In this document: one piece after another, positions 24,251 to 42,330 of the stretch
Position numbering within the stretch: the first letter of the stretch is position 1
Layout of the letters: each line of letters starts with the position of its first letter
Origin: Ancylonema sp.
Taxonomy: Eukaryota
Assembly (NCBI GenBank): GCA_050230475.1
Contig: JBFLGF010000162.1
Span: forward strand, 1 to 63,022
Length of the DNA stretch: 63,022 nt
Reading direction: 5' to 3'
Translations under genes and position numbers: made by a program
The notes under the pieces: generated by a model
Seen by the model: the letters and a program-made list of their open reading frames with translations, nothing else
Database searches by the model: none
What the model was told of the DNA's origin: nothing

Positions 24251-25306
24251 TCCATGTTTCAAACTTTTTTTTTTCATGGAGCGGTGTCCATGTTGCAGAT
24301 TGAAGAAACATCGATGCTGTAAGCCCGATTACCAGCCAGCCAGCCATGCAGCCAGCATGCTAGCATTCTACCGGCCAGATTCACAACTAGATCCCCATGC
24401 GCCTCATATATTCCTCATGCCACCCCTCTTGCCGACACCTCTCGAAAATGGTGTATGTAGAATGCGGAAAGAGGTGGCTTCGGTCTTTTACCAATATCCA
24501 TGGCTACATTGGCAGAATCATCATAAGTTAATTTAAAACTATTACGTTTAGTATCAGTGCTACTCGGGAGGACATTAGAATCGATACCATCTTAATGAGG
24601 ATTCGCGCAAGCAAGCAAGGGGGACACGGCTACAAAGTGTCTTCTCAAAGTGACACCACGAGGCACTAGAGAGGGATGGAACACCAAGGTTGATAATGGA
24701 ATCCACAACAACGGGGCCTCGCTAAACATGCCATCCCACCCAATGGAGCGTCGGCGCACAGCGCAAGATGTGGAGCGAGTAATGGAGATGTCATATGCGA
24801 ACATAGCCCCTAAGCCAATTTTCGTGTGTTGAGGGAACCCGAGAAATCGCTCCCAGCACAAGACGTTAGGAATATCATACAACAACAGCGGAAGAAAGGG
24901 GGCTATACTTCCACTCAAACCCTCATGGTGGAGCTCGAATAGAAGGCGAAATGAAGTTACAAACTCGAGACCCATGACACACGCCGCTTGAAAATACTAT
25001 TTATTTCATACGTTCAAACCAAAAAAAATTACTCTTACATAATTATATACTCGTTGTGAATTGCACATACAAGATCAACTTTTAAATAATCAACTTTTGC
25101 ACTCTAACGTATTCCGTTCATATTATCTCCCTCACCAAATGAAAACTGTGACTCATTTACATCCCTTTTGTTCGTGTAGGCAAAATGCCACAAAATGCTC
25201 TATTTGGAATGCATATTCCAAATATATGTCGTCGGTCATCTTATTTGTTGAAAACCTCCAAAAAATAACTGATGAAACCATGAGGTTAATATATTTGCAT
25301 CCGAAC

Positions 25307-25418
25307 CATAGTTACGTCCCCCGGACCGTCCGGCGATCTCTGGACGCGTCCGGGACGCGTCCGGGGCCAGACGTGTCCCGGACGCGTCCGGGATCCTCGT
25401 GTCCGGGACGCAACTATG
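25307..25418. mobile_element. 112-bp hAT-type MITE
   Basis: Perfect 8-bp TSD atccgaac; TIRs catagttacgtccc / gggacgcaactatg. Confidence 0.9.
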
Positions 25419-25966
25419 ATCCGAACACATAATATTTGAATCTGGTGATATCAATAAAAAATCTTTGATAATGCCTTTGTATCCGAATTCATTTTCAAAT
25501 ACATTCACGGGTGTATTATCATGGCCACGTTAGTTGTTGGATACCACAAAAACCCAACCGGTAAAACTATGAGATCAATACCGATTTCCGGATACTTGGA
25601 TTGACTCCGGATACGTAATACATGATTATGTTGATATGAATAAAAAATCATAAAATGATTCCTATATATCCGGATCAATTCTCAAATGAAGTCATGGTTA
25701 TGTTAGTTGGTTTTTGGTGGTATTCAACAGTGTTGAATTAACACATTATCTGACCTACGAAATGTGGTTGAAATCTTGAGTGATTTCGACCATATTTGAG
25801 ATCGGCATTTTGAGTCTGCACGAAAGAAAAATGCTTCGACTAAGTCATAACTTTCATATGTTAAAAAGTTAAGAAGCAAAATTTGAATGCATGCACCACT
25901 TGGTCTTGTATGTGTAATCCACGACGAGTACGTGATGATACCCGAAGAGGGATGATCGGTTTGAAA

Positions 25967-26143
25967 CATGGTTGCGTCCCGGACCGTCCGGGGATCTCCG
26001 GACGCCTCAGCCAAAACCTGACATCCATATTTTTGGAACCCCCATATTTGCGTGACTTCGGAATGAAATATTTTTCCTTTTTTTTTTGCATCTTAGTTGG
26101 ATCCTGGACCGTCCGGCATCCTCGCGTCCGGGACGCAACTATG
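25967..26143. mobile_element. 177-bp hAT-type MITE, same family as 25307-25418
   Basis: Perfect 8-bp TSD gtttgaaa; TIRs catggttgcgtcccggac / gtccgggacgcaactatg. Confidence 0.9.
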
Positions 26144-26296
26144 GTTTGAAACGTATGATATGATTTTTTTTTCAAGCGGCGTGCATCACCGATGATATTG
26201 ATAACGTCGTGTGATGGGAGAGAGTTCTTGGGTTCCCTCAACACACCAACGATGTGATTGGGCGCCATGGTTGCTTTGAAATCACCATTACGACAA

Positions 26297-26566
26297 TGTT
26301 AGGACCCTTGCTATAAACCCTAAGGCTCCCTAGGGAGTGCCCTACCCTTGGCGCTACTAGCCTACCATTGAATGTGAGTCCTTATAGAATTTTGATGTTG
26401 TTATTGCGTGTTTCGGGTGCTTATAACAGCTTTGCCGGTATGTTGTGCTAGCGACTTTCACTTGTTTTTCTAAAGATATATATTTGTCCCAGATTTCGTT
26501 AAGGGTTGTTCTACCTGAGCTTGACTATGTAGTTCGAGTTGGGAGTGTAGATTACCATTCCTAACA
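26297..26566. mobile_element. Solo-LTR-like sequence (270 bp)
   Basis: Perfect terminal inverted 7-mer tgttagg...cctaaca and a related start at 60127 (tgttaagaccctcgcta). No TSD is visible. Confidence 0.55.
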
Positions 26567-27338
26567 TATCATGTATTCACTATCTATACTGATCGCTTCA
26601 CAGGGAAAACGGATGAAGACCAGGGGAGACGCGGGAGGTTGCGAAGGGACGTGGGGTCCGGAGTCTTTCTTCATTCCTTCCATTATTTCTGTCATTCTTT
26701 CATTCGTTGGATGAAGTGAAGCTACGGCGTCCCCCGTTGACCCCCGGCACCTCCACCATACCCTCCGTTGCCCGCCGAATTGCCCCATTATCCTCCGTTC
26801 TCCGCCGGGTCTCCCGTATGCCATCCGATGCAACTAGTATATTCCCTCACCGGGGTCGCCCCCCCGTCAACGGGGGAAGCATTCGGGGCAGGGATGTGAA
26901 GTCTAAAAATACTCTTCATGATTAGGGGTAGTTAGACCGCCATTACGAAAGCATAATAAGGGTACGCCCGGTAGGTATCACCCCTAAAAACACCTAACTA
27001 TAAATTTGAATTTAGGGGCAATGAAGGGGCAATTACCACCCCCAACCATCAATGTAGGACCTGAATTGCTCTGCCGCGGGGGCAGAAAAAAAAATGGTGG
27101 CCTCTGGCCAAAACGTATCGACAAAAAATGTTAGTGACATGTGACGTGCCGCCATTGCGGATACTTTGAGTGGACATCGGACAATATATTTCGGTGTAAC
27201 ACAAATTTGTCAAGCTCAATCGGGTTATCTTTGCCATGAATTGCGAGAGAGTATATCTTAGCGCCAGTGACCTCTCACCGGGACGTACTGAATTGAGTCG
27301 CCTCGGAAACTCGGAGTTGAGGCTCGTCGAAGGAAATA

Positions 27339-27613
27339 CCGTCCTGGGCATCGTAAATTATTTTTAATTAATTATTGAAACCCGAAATTAATCATTTATA
27401 TTAATACATATGAGGTCGGAATCATTAACTGAAAATTATTGATATTAATACCACTTTTGGATTTGTTTTGAATTTTGTATGTAGGTAGGTTACCAAAAAT
27501 CATTGCCAAAAATTATCAATAATAACTACCGGATTTCCGGAATCTTCTTTACAAATCATTAATAAATTAATTCGTTTTGTAAAAACCGAAATCATTTACG
27601 GTGCCCAGTACGG
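27339..27613. mobile_element. TA-flanked MITE, family E (copy 3)
   Basis: TIRs ccgtcctgggcatcgtaaat / atttacggtgcccagtacgg with TA flanks. Confidence 0.88.
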
Positions 27614-28452
27614 TACCCTCTTGCTTGTCCTCCGCCCCCCTCCCTATAAGTCTCGAACGGATGGGAGGGTAAATGATATTTGTAAATAAAATTTTAAATG
27701 CCATCATTTTCTGAGCACGACCGTTTACTTGGACACGCTACTTTCCCCTCCAAGTTGTGATGACCAAAACTCTCTTCTTTCATCATTTATCCACGTTTGT
27801 ACTTGTAGACTAGGCGACAAGTGCCGATGTTTAGAGAAAATTCGGCGATGGATGACGTTATAAAATGACTACGCAATCAGCGATTCTTCCAATCGTTCTC
27901 TCTTCATTTGTCACTTCGACTTTGGTTTTTCTGAATTTTGAGACACCAATTGATTAACTCTCGCTCCAAGTTTTTCAAATATACCATACGCTCAAATAGG
28001 TGTTGGAAAAAAAACACGTTTATTTTTACCAAAACGACGTAGGACATCAAGCATGCATAGACTAGTGAATGTGGTTGCAAATGAGCTCTTTCAAACTTGG
28101 TGAGTCTCGTTTGTCTAATCAATTTGATGTTATGCTTTAAACACATTTGTTTGTTGGAACGACAAGCTTTTAGGGGCACCATTGTGTTTCAAAAATGCCA
28201 AGGAATCCCCAAAACATGTATACCTTAGCAATTTAGCAATTGAAGTGCAACCCACGAATTAGGGTTTTTCAGTTAATAACCTCCCAGAGAGGGCCTAATT
28301 TTCCTTCCCTGATTCGAGGAACGGGTGAGGAAATGCTTTTTCATTCCCGACGAGGGAGCGCAGCCCAGGTAAAAAACAACCTTATCAATTACTGCCCGTA
28401 ATTTCAGGGCCTAGAAATCCAGAGGGCAAGCTCCAGCAGTTTACAAAACGTC

Positions 28453-28460
28453 CCGCCAAA
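28453..28460 (-). promoter_or_regulatory. Putative E2F site (TTTGGCGG) about 270 bp upstream of XRCC3
   Basis: Matches the TTTSSCGS consensus. An 8-mer can occur by chance. Confidence 0.35.
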
Positions 28461-28728
28461 TTTCCTTGCACTACTCTGCTCCACGAGTTCCTTTCTCCTC
28501 CGCAAGTTAGCGTCTGGCAACTTCAGCGGCATTCAGAAGCTTTTAGCACCCACTGTCCCTACTGATCAGAGTAGCTTCGCTGGGATAGAGCAGGCGAATA
28601 TTCTCGTTACATTTCTATGCTTGTCCAGTGAGAATTATGACTAGCAGCCGTTCTTTTTATCATCTCTCCAGTACCATAGACTGAAGAAAAAGTCGCTGGC
28701 TGGATGCGATCTGCATCAGGCGCTTCGT

Positions 28729-29637
28729 ATGCCTACTCCCCGAATTCTGTCGTCTCTGGATATTGCACAGAAATGTAGTCTTGGTTGTCACGTTCTCGAC
28801 CAATTGCTTGGCGGTGGGGTGCCCTGTCGCAGCATAACTGAATTTGCTGGCGAGAGTACTGCAGCAAAGACGCAGACGTGTCTGCAGCTTGCCTTGACAG
28901 CTCAGCTTCCTGTCTCAGCTGGAGGCCTTGGAGGTAGCTGCCTGTACGTCTACACTGAAGGGAGATTTCCTTTGGACAGACTTCAGGAGCTAGCGACTTT
29001 GCGATATCCGGAAAAGACTCCCGAGGGAAGTAGTCCTTGTGATAATGTTTTTATCACGCAAGTATATACACCGGACGAACTATTAAGCTTCCTCGAGTGG
29101 AGGCTCCCCCTGCAGCTCAAACAGCCATCCTCTAGGCCAATACGGCTGCTGATAATTGACTCAATTGCAGCACTCTTCCGAGGCGAGGTTGACTTCACTG
29201 TCACGGAACGAGCAGGTTTGCTCTTTTGCATCTCCAAACATCTGAAGCTGCTCGCAGACACGTATAACATAGGAGTCGTTGTGACCAACCAAGCTACGGA
29301 TGTAGTCAAAGATAATGGAAATGTCTCCCAGTCAGAGCTTGGCACTTCGGAGATGATATCTTCTGGCCGACAAGTGGTTGCTTCTTTGGGCCTGGCGTGG
29401 AGCAATTGCATCAGCTCGAGAATCTTCCTCACCAAAACCTCTGTTCGAGCGCGGGAACTATTGGAGCAGTATCCAGATGAAGAACAGTTAAAATTGGAAC
29501 GTGGCTGTAGAGAAATGAGAGTCGTCTTTGCTCCGCATCTGCCCCCTGACTCTTGTAAATATGTTGTTGAAGCAGCAGGAATCCGAGGGTTGAAAAAGAC
29601 CTTGGGTTGTGGTGTTACTATGCAGCTATGCACGTGA
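28729..29637 (+). CDS. XRCC3: DNA repair protein XRCC3 (RAD51 paralog), single coding exon, 302 aa
   Basis: QKCSLGCHVLDQLLGGGVPCRSITEFAGES, LQLALTAQLP, YTEGRFP, Walker B LLIIDSIAALFR, VVVTNQ, LGLAWSNCI, REMRVVFAPHLP: typical plant XRCC3 motifs. Confidence 0.92.
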   Translation: MPTPRILSSLDIAQKCSLGCHVLDQLLGGGVPCRSITEFAGESTAAKTQTCLQLALTAQLPVSAGGLGGSCLYVYTEGRFPLDRLQELATLRYPEKTPEGSSPCDNVFITQVYTPDELLSFLEWRLPLQLKQPSSRPIRLLIIDSIAALFRGEVDFTVTERAGLLFCISKHLKLLADTYNIGVVVTNQATDVVKDNGNVSQSELGTSEMISSGRQVVASLGLAWSNCISSRIFLTKTSVRARELLEQYPDEEQLKLERGCREMRVVFAPHLPPDSCKYVVEAAGIRGLKKTLGCGVTMQLCT

Positions 29638-30313
29638 GTGGAGTTACTGAATGTCGCACAGTGCTGAGAATGGACTTGCAATTTTGTTCAAGTATGGTTG
29701 CCCATACCTACCTGATTTCTTGTAAAAGTGTTTTTTTGTCAACGCTGAAAGTTTTCCACCTCATTTTGCAAATGTGCGTAGTATGTGGTGAAACTGGTTC
29801 ACGCATGTAGTGGTAGTAGGAAATGCTTGCGGATTGGAAATAGCAAGGTACTACATCATTGCGTCATCAGTTGCCATAGAAAAACGTCAATCATACCATT
29901 TGAGTGCTTGCAGCCGAAAGACAGATTCATTTCAGATGCATATTCCTTCTGGTCGTGCCAATACATTGCTTGGGACCTCTTACATATCACATTTCCCTAA
30001 ATTGCTTAACTTGCAACTTGCCCACGAAGTCGCTAGATATTCAGTTTCTTGGTCCCAAAATACTCTCCATCTCAATACAATGCAAGTATATTATCAAACT
30101 ACCAACACAACAAGTTTCGAACAAAATTGATATCTTTGAAGAGATGTTGTTTTTGCGTTCTTCTACTCCTCAGCGTCATAGCATCAAATTATGTCTCTGA
30201 GTGAGTCACCCGGGCCCAGGTCCGCTAGGCAAAGAAATTGGTGAAAGCTTTCATTGCTTTGCACTGTTCAGACAGCACTGCAGCAGCTGCCGTTCAATTG
30301 CTTCCAAGATCCT

Positions 30314-36524
<6,211 letters not shown>

Positions 36525-37315
36525 TATGCAGTCACACCAAAACGTCAATCAGACGTTGCGCAGGAGGACTGGCGAGACAGACGAGCTGAGATTGCCCTTC
36601 GCAGTGCTACAGATATCGATACGTCAGCTCCCTGACGCCGAAATACGTGATCAGTGATACGGCTTCCCTCACACTCCCAGCTGGGGAACGAGGCTGTCTA
36701 TTCGAGACACTTTGTCGCGGCTGGGGGGCGGAAAGCACTCGCCTTGAGCAGTCATCTTCTAGAACATAGAGAATGTTGTCCTGTACTGCTCTGGAAGAAG
36801 GAGATCTGGCCGTTCAGGCGTGATCGACGGGTCAAAATACACAGTACAGGATAAAACTCGTTACACCGAAATACATCGTGACCGTCACTTCAGACGAGCC
36901 CGGTCGGCTTGAGCGTGCGTAGTTGACCAGCGACCCCGCAGCCCATGACCTCTCATGCAGCCCACGCAGCCCAAAACACTTGTCGTACTGACCAAGAAGA
37001 CAAATGCGAAGTAAATCGAGAGTAGATACATTCAGTCGTATGCTTCAGAGCTTGTCAGGCAGTTGACTACGAAGAGCTGGCGACTGCGTAATTTCACGAC
37101 TGGGAAGAAATGTCCGTGTTGAAGCGCGTGTGTGCCAGTAACACCTGTAAAAAATCTCAGATCTCTGAGAGCGCGGGATAATAAAACACTCGAGATTACG
37201 GTGATGTTCTTTTGACGGACGTTCGTTGAATGATCACCTGACCACCAGTATCCGCGGAAATCGAATCCAATTTTAAAAGTCGAGGTCGAACAGTTCGTCA
37301 TTCCAGCACATCTGG
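36525..37315. promoter_or_regulatory. Divergent promoter region between CPN60B and APC11 with clustered site II-like motifs (AGCCCA x3)
   Basis: The ATGs are head-to-head, about 790 bp apart. gcagccca occurs three times at about 36938-36974. Confidence 0.45.
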
Positions 37316-38657
37316 ATGAAGATAAAAGTTCTGAGTATCCTTCCAATGTCCAACTGTAAAACATGAAGTCAGCTCCTTGTGTGTGATGGCCTGGTCATCA
37401 GTGATCTCTGAAATTCTTTATTGACTCCTCCTGCTCTGTCCGAATCAGTCGAGGCTCCTTTCTTTCAATATACTTCCAATACTTGTTTTAGAGAACTTTT
37501 TTTTTTTTTTTTTTTTTTTTGTGGTTTGATTTGAGATTACTACGCTGTCTTTAGAAGGAAGATTCGATGAGGCAGTGTGCCAATCTTCAGTACAAGCTCA
37601 TATGTTATGCACCTTGACTTGAAGCCTCGGACATTTTCGCATGGCGGGTATTCTATAGAGTAAGTACCTTCTTTGGTTACCTTCGTGACGCAATCGATTT
37701 TTTTCTTAATTGGTTGCTTGGATAATTTTGGGAGTCCACGTGAGTTTGAAAATCCACGTGTTGTCATCCGCTCAGTCATCTTCAGACACCAAATACATCT
37801 TCTTGCTCAGCCCTTCGAACAACAACACTTTCACAATAATCACCGAAATCCAAATGTAAGTACGTATCTTGGACTAATAGTAAACATTTATGGAGAATTT
37901 ATAGTGGCAACGAAGAGCGACAAGCTTATATTAAGAAAATCGACTTCTTGAAAGGACTTGAACACAATGTAAGGCAATTGTAGAGTCTTCATTTATAGCA
38001 AGTGTCTTTTTTGTATTTGGATTCATCTCAAATCAATGGAATATCTTCTTTGGAAGTAGATATAGTTAAATAAGGGCATTAACTATCCAACAACGGCGTT
38101 GATTTTCCATTCTATTTTGTTTGCTCCCAGCTGGCATGCTGTCGCTTCATGGACATGGGATGCCCCGGATGAGAATTGTGGCATCTGTCGTCAAGCCTTT
38201 GACGGGTGCTGTCCAGACTGTAAAGTCCCGGGCGATGACTGCCCTCTAAGTGAGTGGTCTCACCTGGTGCACATCATTTCCACGTTCATTATGTTCAGAT
38301 CATGTTCGGGTTGCCATCTCAAAGACCATGTTGCGTTTTCGTGACCCCATCAAGATGCATCGAAGTCCCCCGCAGTGACACGAAGATCACGTGGCTCATG
38401 TGAGGCATCAGCAAGTTCACTCATATTTATGTTAACAAGAGGTTATTTAAACGGGGTTCGAGTCTATACATAGTAATGGATATGTTCATTGCCCTTGTGC
38501 CCTTTCGTTGATGCTCATTGCCCTTGATGCTCTATGTGCAGTTTGGGGTGCTTGCAACCACGCATTCCATCTGCATTGCATTGTCAAATGGGTGAATTCA
38601 CAAAGTCCTACGCCGCAATGTCCCATATGTAGGCGTGATTGGAAGTATAGGGAATGA
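37316..38657 (+). CDS. APC11: Anaphase-promoting complex subunit 11 (RING-H2), 84 aa, 4 exons including a 1-nt exon
   Basis: Exons 37316-37334, 37659, 38131-38249 and 38542-38657 total 255 nt and encode MKIKVLNWHAVASWTWDAPDENCGICRQAFDGCCPDCKVPGDDCPLIWGACNHAFHLHCIVKWVNSQSPTPQCPICRRDWKYRE. Confidence 0.93.
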
Positions 38658-39959
38658 AACCTATGGGTACTTAGACTTGGATGAGGCGTTTATTTAGAAG
38701 TGATATTTTGCGAGGGTCTTCATCGAGGAATTGGAGGAATTGGAGCCATCTAAAATGTGTCGGACATGTGTAATTTAGAGTTTCATCACGTTGTACAAAC
38801 GAGCTACTTTGAGTGGGTGTGTGCGCCATTGGGAGAACAATATTTGGTGTGTGTGTTCTAACGTTGAAGATATCGTTTCCATAAATAAGTGCATGAATTA
38901 CCAGAGTATATGTTTACAACAAACGTGTGCATGTTGTATTTGTCCATGCCGTGGCTTTGTCATAATGATGACAGTATTCGTTGTCACGCATGCTTCTTTT
39001 CAATTAGTACTTTTTCAAAATATTGGATACATAAATTGGACTTATACTAGACTCGATGCGTTTGAACTTCATTCATTCTTGTACGTTGTCTTTGCATTGT
39101 TTCGGTCGACAAAAATAAAAATGCTGAACAACCACAACATACACCTTGAAACATGTGATAACAAACTTGATCATAGTTCCAACACTGCAAGTAATGTGTT
39201 TTTCACTCTAAACCATATTCATGTTAGTAATAAAGAACCACTTCATTCCTGGTTGGGTAGCGGAATCAAGCTGCAACCCAGATTGAATACTCCATACGTA
39301 TTGCGTTGTTCGCTTCATAAGTATGCATGTCCGGGAACTTTCATAAGTAAAACAACGTACAAGTTTTTTGCTCATTAAAAGACGGACTCCCCTTTGAAAC
39401 AACAATGATGTGACTCAGATACAAGTGGGGCTAGGACTCTATTACGCATAAATCAAAACATGCAATTTAGTTAGAAACCCCTAACGATGCCAAGACGGTG
39501 TGAATTAGCACGACAACACAACAACGACAACATCATATCGGGTTGCTTGACATTACTAGCAATTTTGAAAGATCTTGAACCCTTTTTAGCGACAAAGCCA
39601 GAAGCCGGAACAAGGTCCACATATTCCAACAAGGAAGTCTCCGTGAAGAATATTAGTACAAAAGATGAGCATCAATGCGTCCAACATAGAGCAAATTGTT
39701 TGGTTACTTGGGATAGAAGTAGGCTTCATCTCTCTTCCAACAACTCTTTGAGTGGAAGTATACTTGCTGGCCTTTGAGACTTGCTCCATTTGCAAAAGCT
39801 GTAAGTTTGGGGCGGCTTACGGAGGGCTGGAGAACTCAAAAGGGGAACAAAAATTTAAAACATAGTGAGGCCAATCTGTCTTTCCTACGTGATGTATCCG
39901 TATCCTCAAAGAGTTGTTTCGTTTTGTTTTTGTTTGTTTGTTTGTTTGTCTGTTTGTTT

Positions 39960-40014
<55 letters not shown>

Positions 40015-42330
40015 GATAAATAAAATTTTAAATTTTCAAATTTTAATCGGTGGTTTTCGTTATATCATTTGGAGACTTGGTTGTACAGTTGACAAGTAAA
40101 CTATCCGAATCTACAACTTTTTTGTTGTACTTGTACACACGTCCGTTGTTTTTTTTTTTGGGTCCATATTACTTGCATTGCGTTACTTAGGTGTTGTGAA
40201 GTGCCTTCTGCATTTGTCTGACTTCCGCCACAAAGAGATGTACAACACTTTGGATGACAATTAGTTGATCGACAGGGTCTTTAAATGGATGATCAAATAA
40301 ATTGTTCCGTCCCTCATTGTCTCCAACTATTGTGATCCTTTCTTGAAAACCTCTCATTGGACCTCTCCATTTCTCTCTCCCTCTCCCTCTCCCTCTTCTT
40401 CCCGCTACCACTCCCTCTCCCTCCCTCTCCCTCCCTCTTCGCGAGCCAACCTCTTGATGACAAGAAATGGATATTTTTTCACTACTACTTGCACGAATCT
40501 TTCAAATAAATACTTCTATGGATCTCTTCCTTCTTTCATCTACTTTGTGAGATTATTCCATGCGTTCTATTTTGAAATTAGGGATATGAAATCCGTTTTC
40601 GGGCGGTGTAAAATCTAAGCGTACTCAAGCGTCATTCGGCAAATAAGTTGGGAAGGCAAATGTTATAGAAAACCGGTGGGGGTTCCAAACCACCTCCTTT
40701 GGAAAGAAGAGGCAAAAATGATAACATGACTCACGTCATAGATGGGGTAGAAAAAGTCAAATGACAAAAATGTTGAAAACGTCGAGAGCTATTATGGTGA
40801 AAGACACTGCCATCACTCTAGCATCTACAAGGGTCCAAGGGTATCTCGTTTGATAAATTGTGTGTTTAAAAAAAAAAAAAAACTTATCGGAAACTAAGAT
40901 TACGTTCTGAAAAATAAAATTGCGTTCGGCTTAGACTATCTAGGAGGGAAACAAAAAACCAGCAAAAAATTTTTAAAAAAAAACTAAAATATCAGAGGTC
41001 ATTTAAGATTGATATTTTTAATTTTTTTTTGTTTCCCCCCCCCCCTTCCCTAGACTTCCTCGGCCCCTAATGCGTTTCCAAAAGCTACAACTAGGCCGCC
41101 CTTTGAGTGTTCACTGCAGTCCCCCCCTAGGCGGGCATATCGTTCTACCTCACAATACATCTACTAGGAGACGTGGCGGAAGATTGGGCGGCCGACCTGC
41201 CAGACGGCACCCCCTCCCCCCGCTGTGCCTGGCTGGCGTGCAGGAGGGGAGGAGAAGAGAGGAGGACCACCCTGCTGAAGGAGTGAGTCTGAATCTCCTG
41301 GAACTCCTGTATTTGAGCGGAGCGTGACTGTAAGGTGGTTCACTGGCAGGAGTTGGACTCAAAGGTGTTGAGTGCGGATCCGACAGTGGTGTGGCTGGGG
41401 GGGAGGCACGTGGCAATACTGTCGTTTGGTGTCATGTATACGGGTTGGGGGGGGGGGGGGGCTGCTGTGTATGGCTGTGACCAAAGCAGGGGGGGCTCAG
41501 GGTTCCAGTACCCTGAGCCCTGAGCCCTGAGCTCCAGGGGGGGGAGGTGGGGGAGCAGGGCAGACAGGGATACCAGGGCAGGTGAGGGAAAAAGAGAGAG
41601 TTTTTTTTTTCCACCCGCTCGCTCTGTTGTTTTTTCCTGGGGCGGAAAGCCATATCTCAACCTTCGTCTACTCTCCTCCTCTATTTCTTTCTCATGGGAC
41701 AGGGAGGATGTCTTGTGTCTCGTCCCCTGTTCATTTCTTATTTCCGTCTGTTGGTTTCTTCTGGGATGGGGGGGGACACGTGTCCCGTCGTCCACGTCAC
41801 CTGACATCCCCTCTCATCACCCCCCCCCAATATATCCAGATATCCAATTTCACGCTATTTCATCCAGGTAAGGAAAGAGGGGGAGGGAGGTTGCACTAGC
41901 ATTACCTGTTTTTTTCCTTCTTGATTTATAAATTTAAACAATAGTTTATAATCATTTTTGTATGTACAAATAGGGATGGGGGAATTATGGTGACCTGGGG
42001 CATGCGCGTGGTCGAGTATGGGGTTCAGGGTTTTGAAGCTGGGGTTCAGCTTTTCAGGGATCAGGTTAAGCGTCGGGGTTGCAGGGGATGCATGTGTGGA
42101 AGTCGGGTTTCATAAACCCCAGATAGCAGCATGCATACGACGATGACGTACACAGGATCGACAAGATGGTATTCCGATGCAGTACAAAGAAGGTCTCTTA
42201 CAGGAGGTCAAAGAAGGTCAAAGATCAGAAAGGTAAAAGAAGGTCTCACAAAGAAGGTCTCATCCATACATCCATGTGCATATACGCACACACGCGTACA
42301 TATGTACATATACCTCCATTCCACTATCCC

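Noticed and set aside
28983..29681. 232-aa antisense ORF over XRCC3
   Set aside because: It is a shadow of the sense-strand gene with no recognisable motifs.
37567..37590. Alternative phase-2 first exon for APC11 (MRQCANL)
   Set aside because: The donor (gtacaa) is weak and it has no similarity to the conserved MKVKIL start, unlike 37316.
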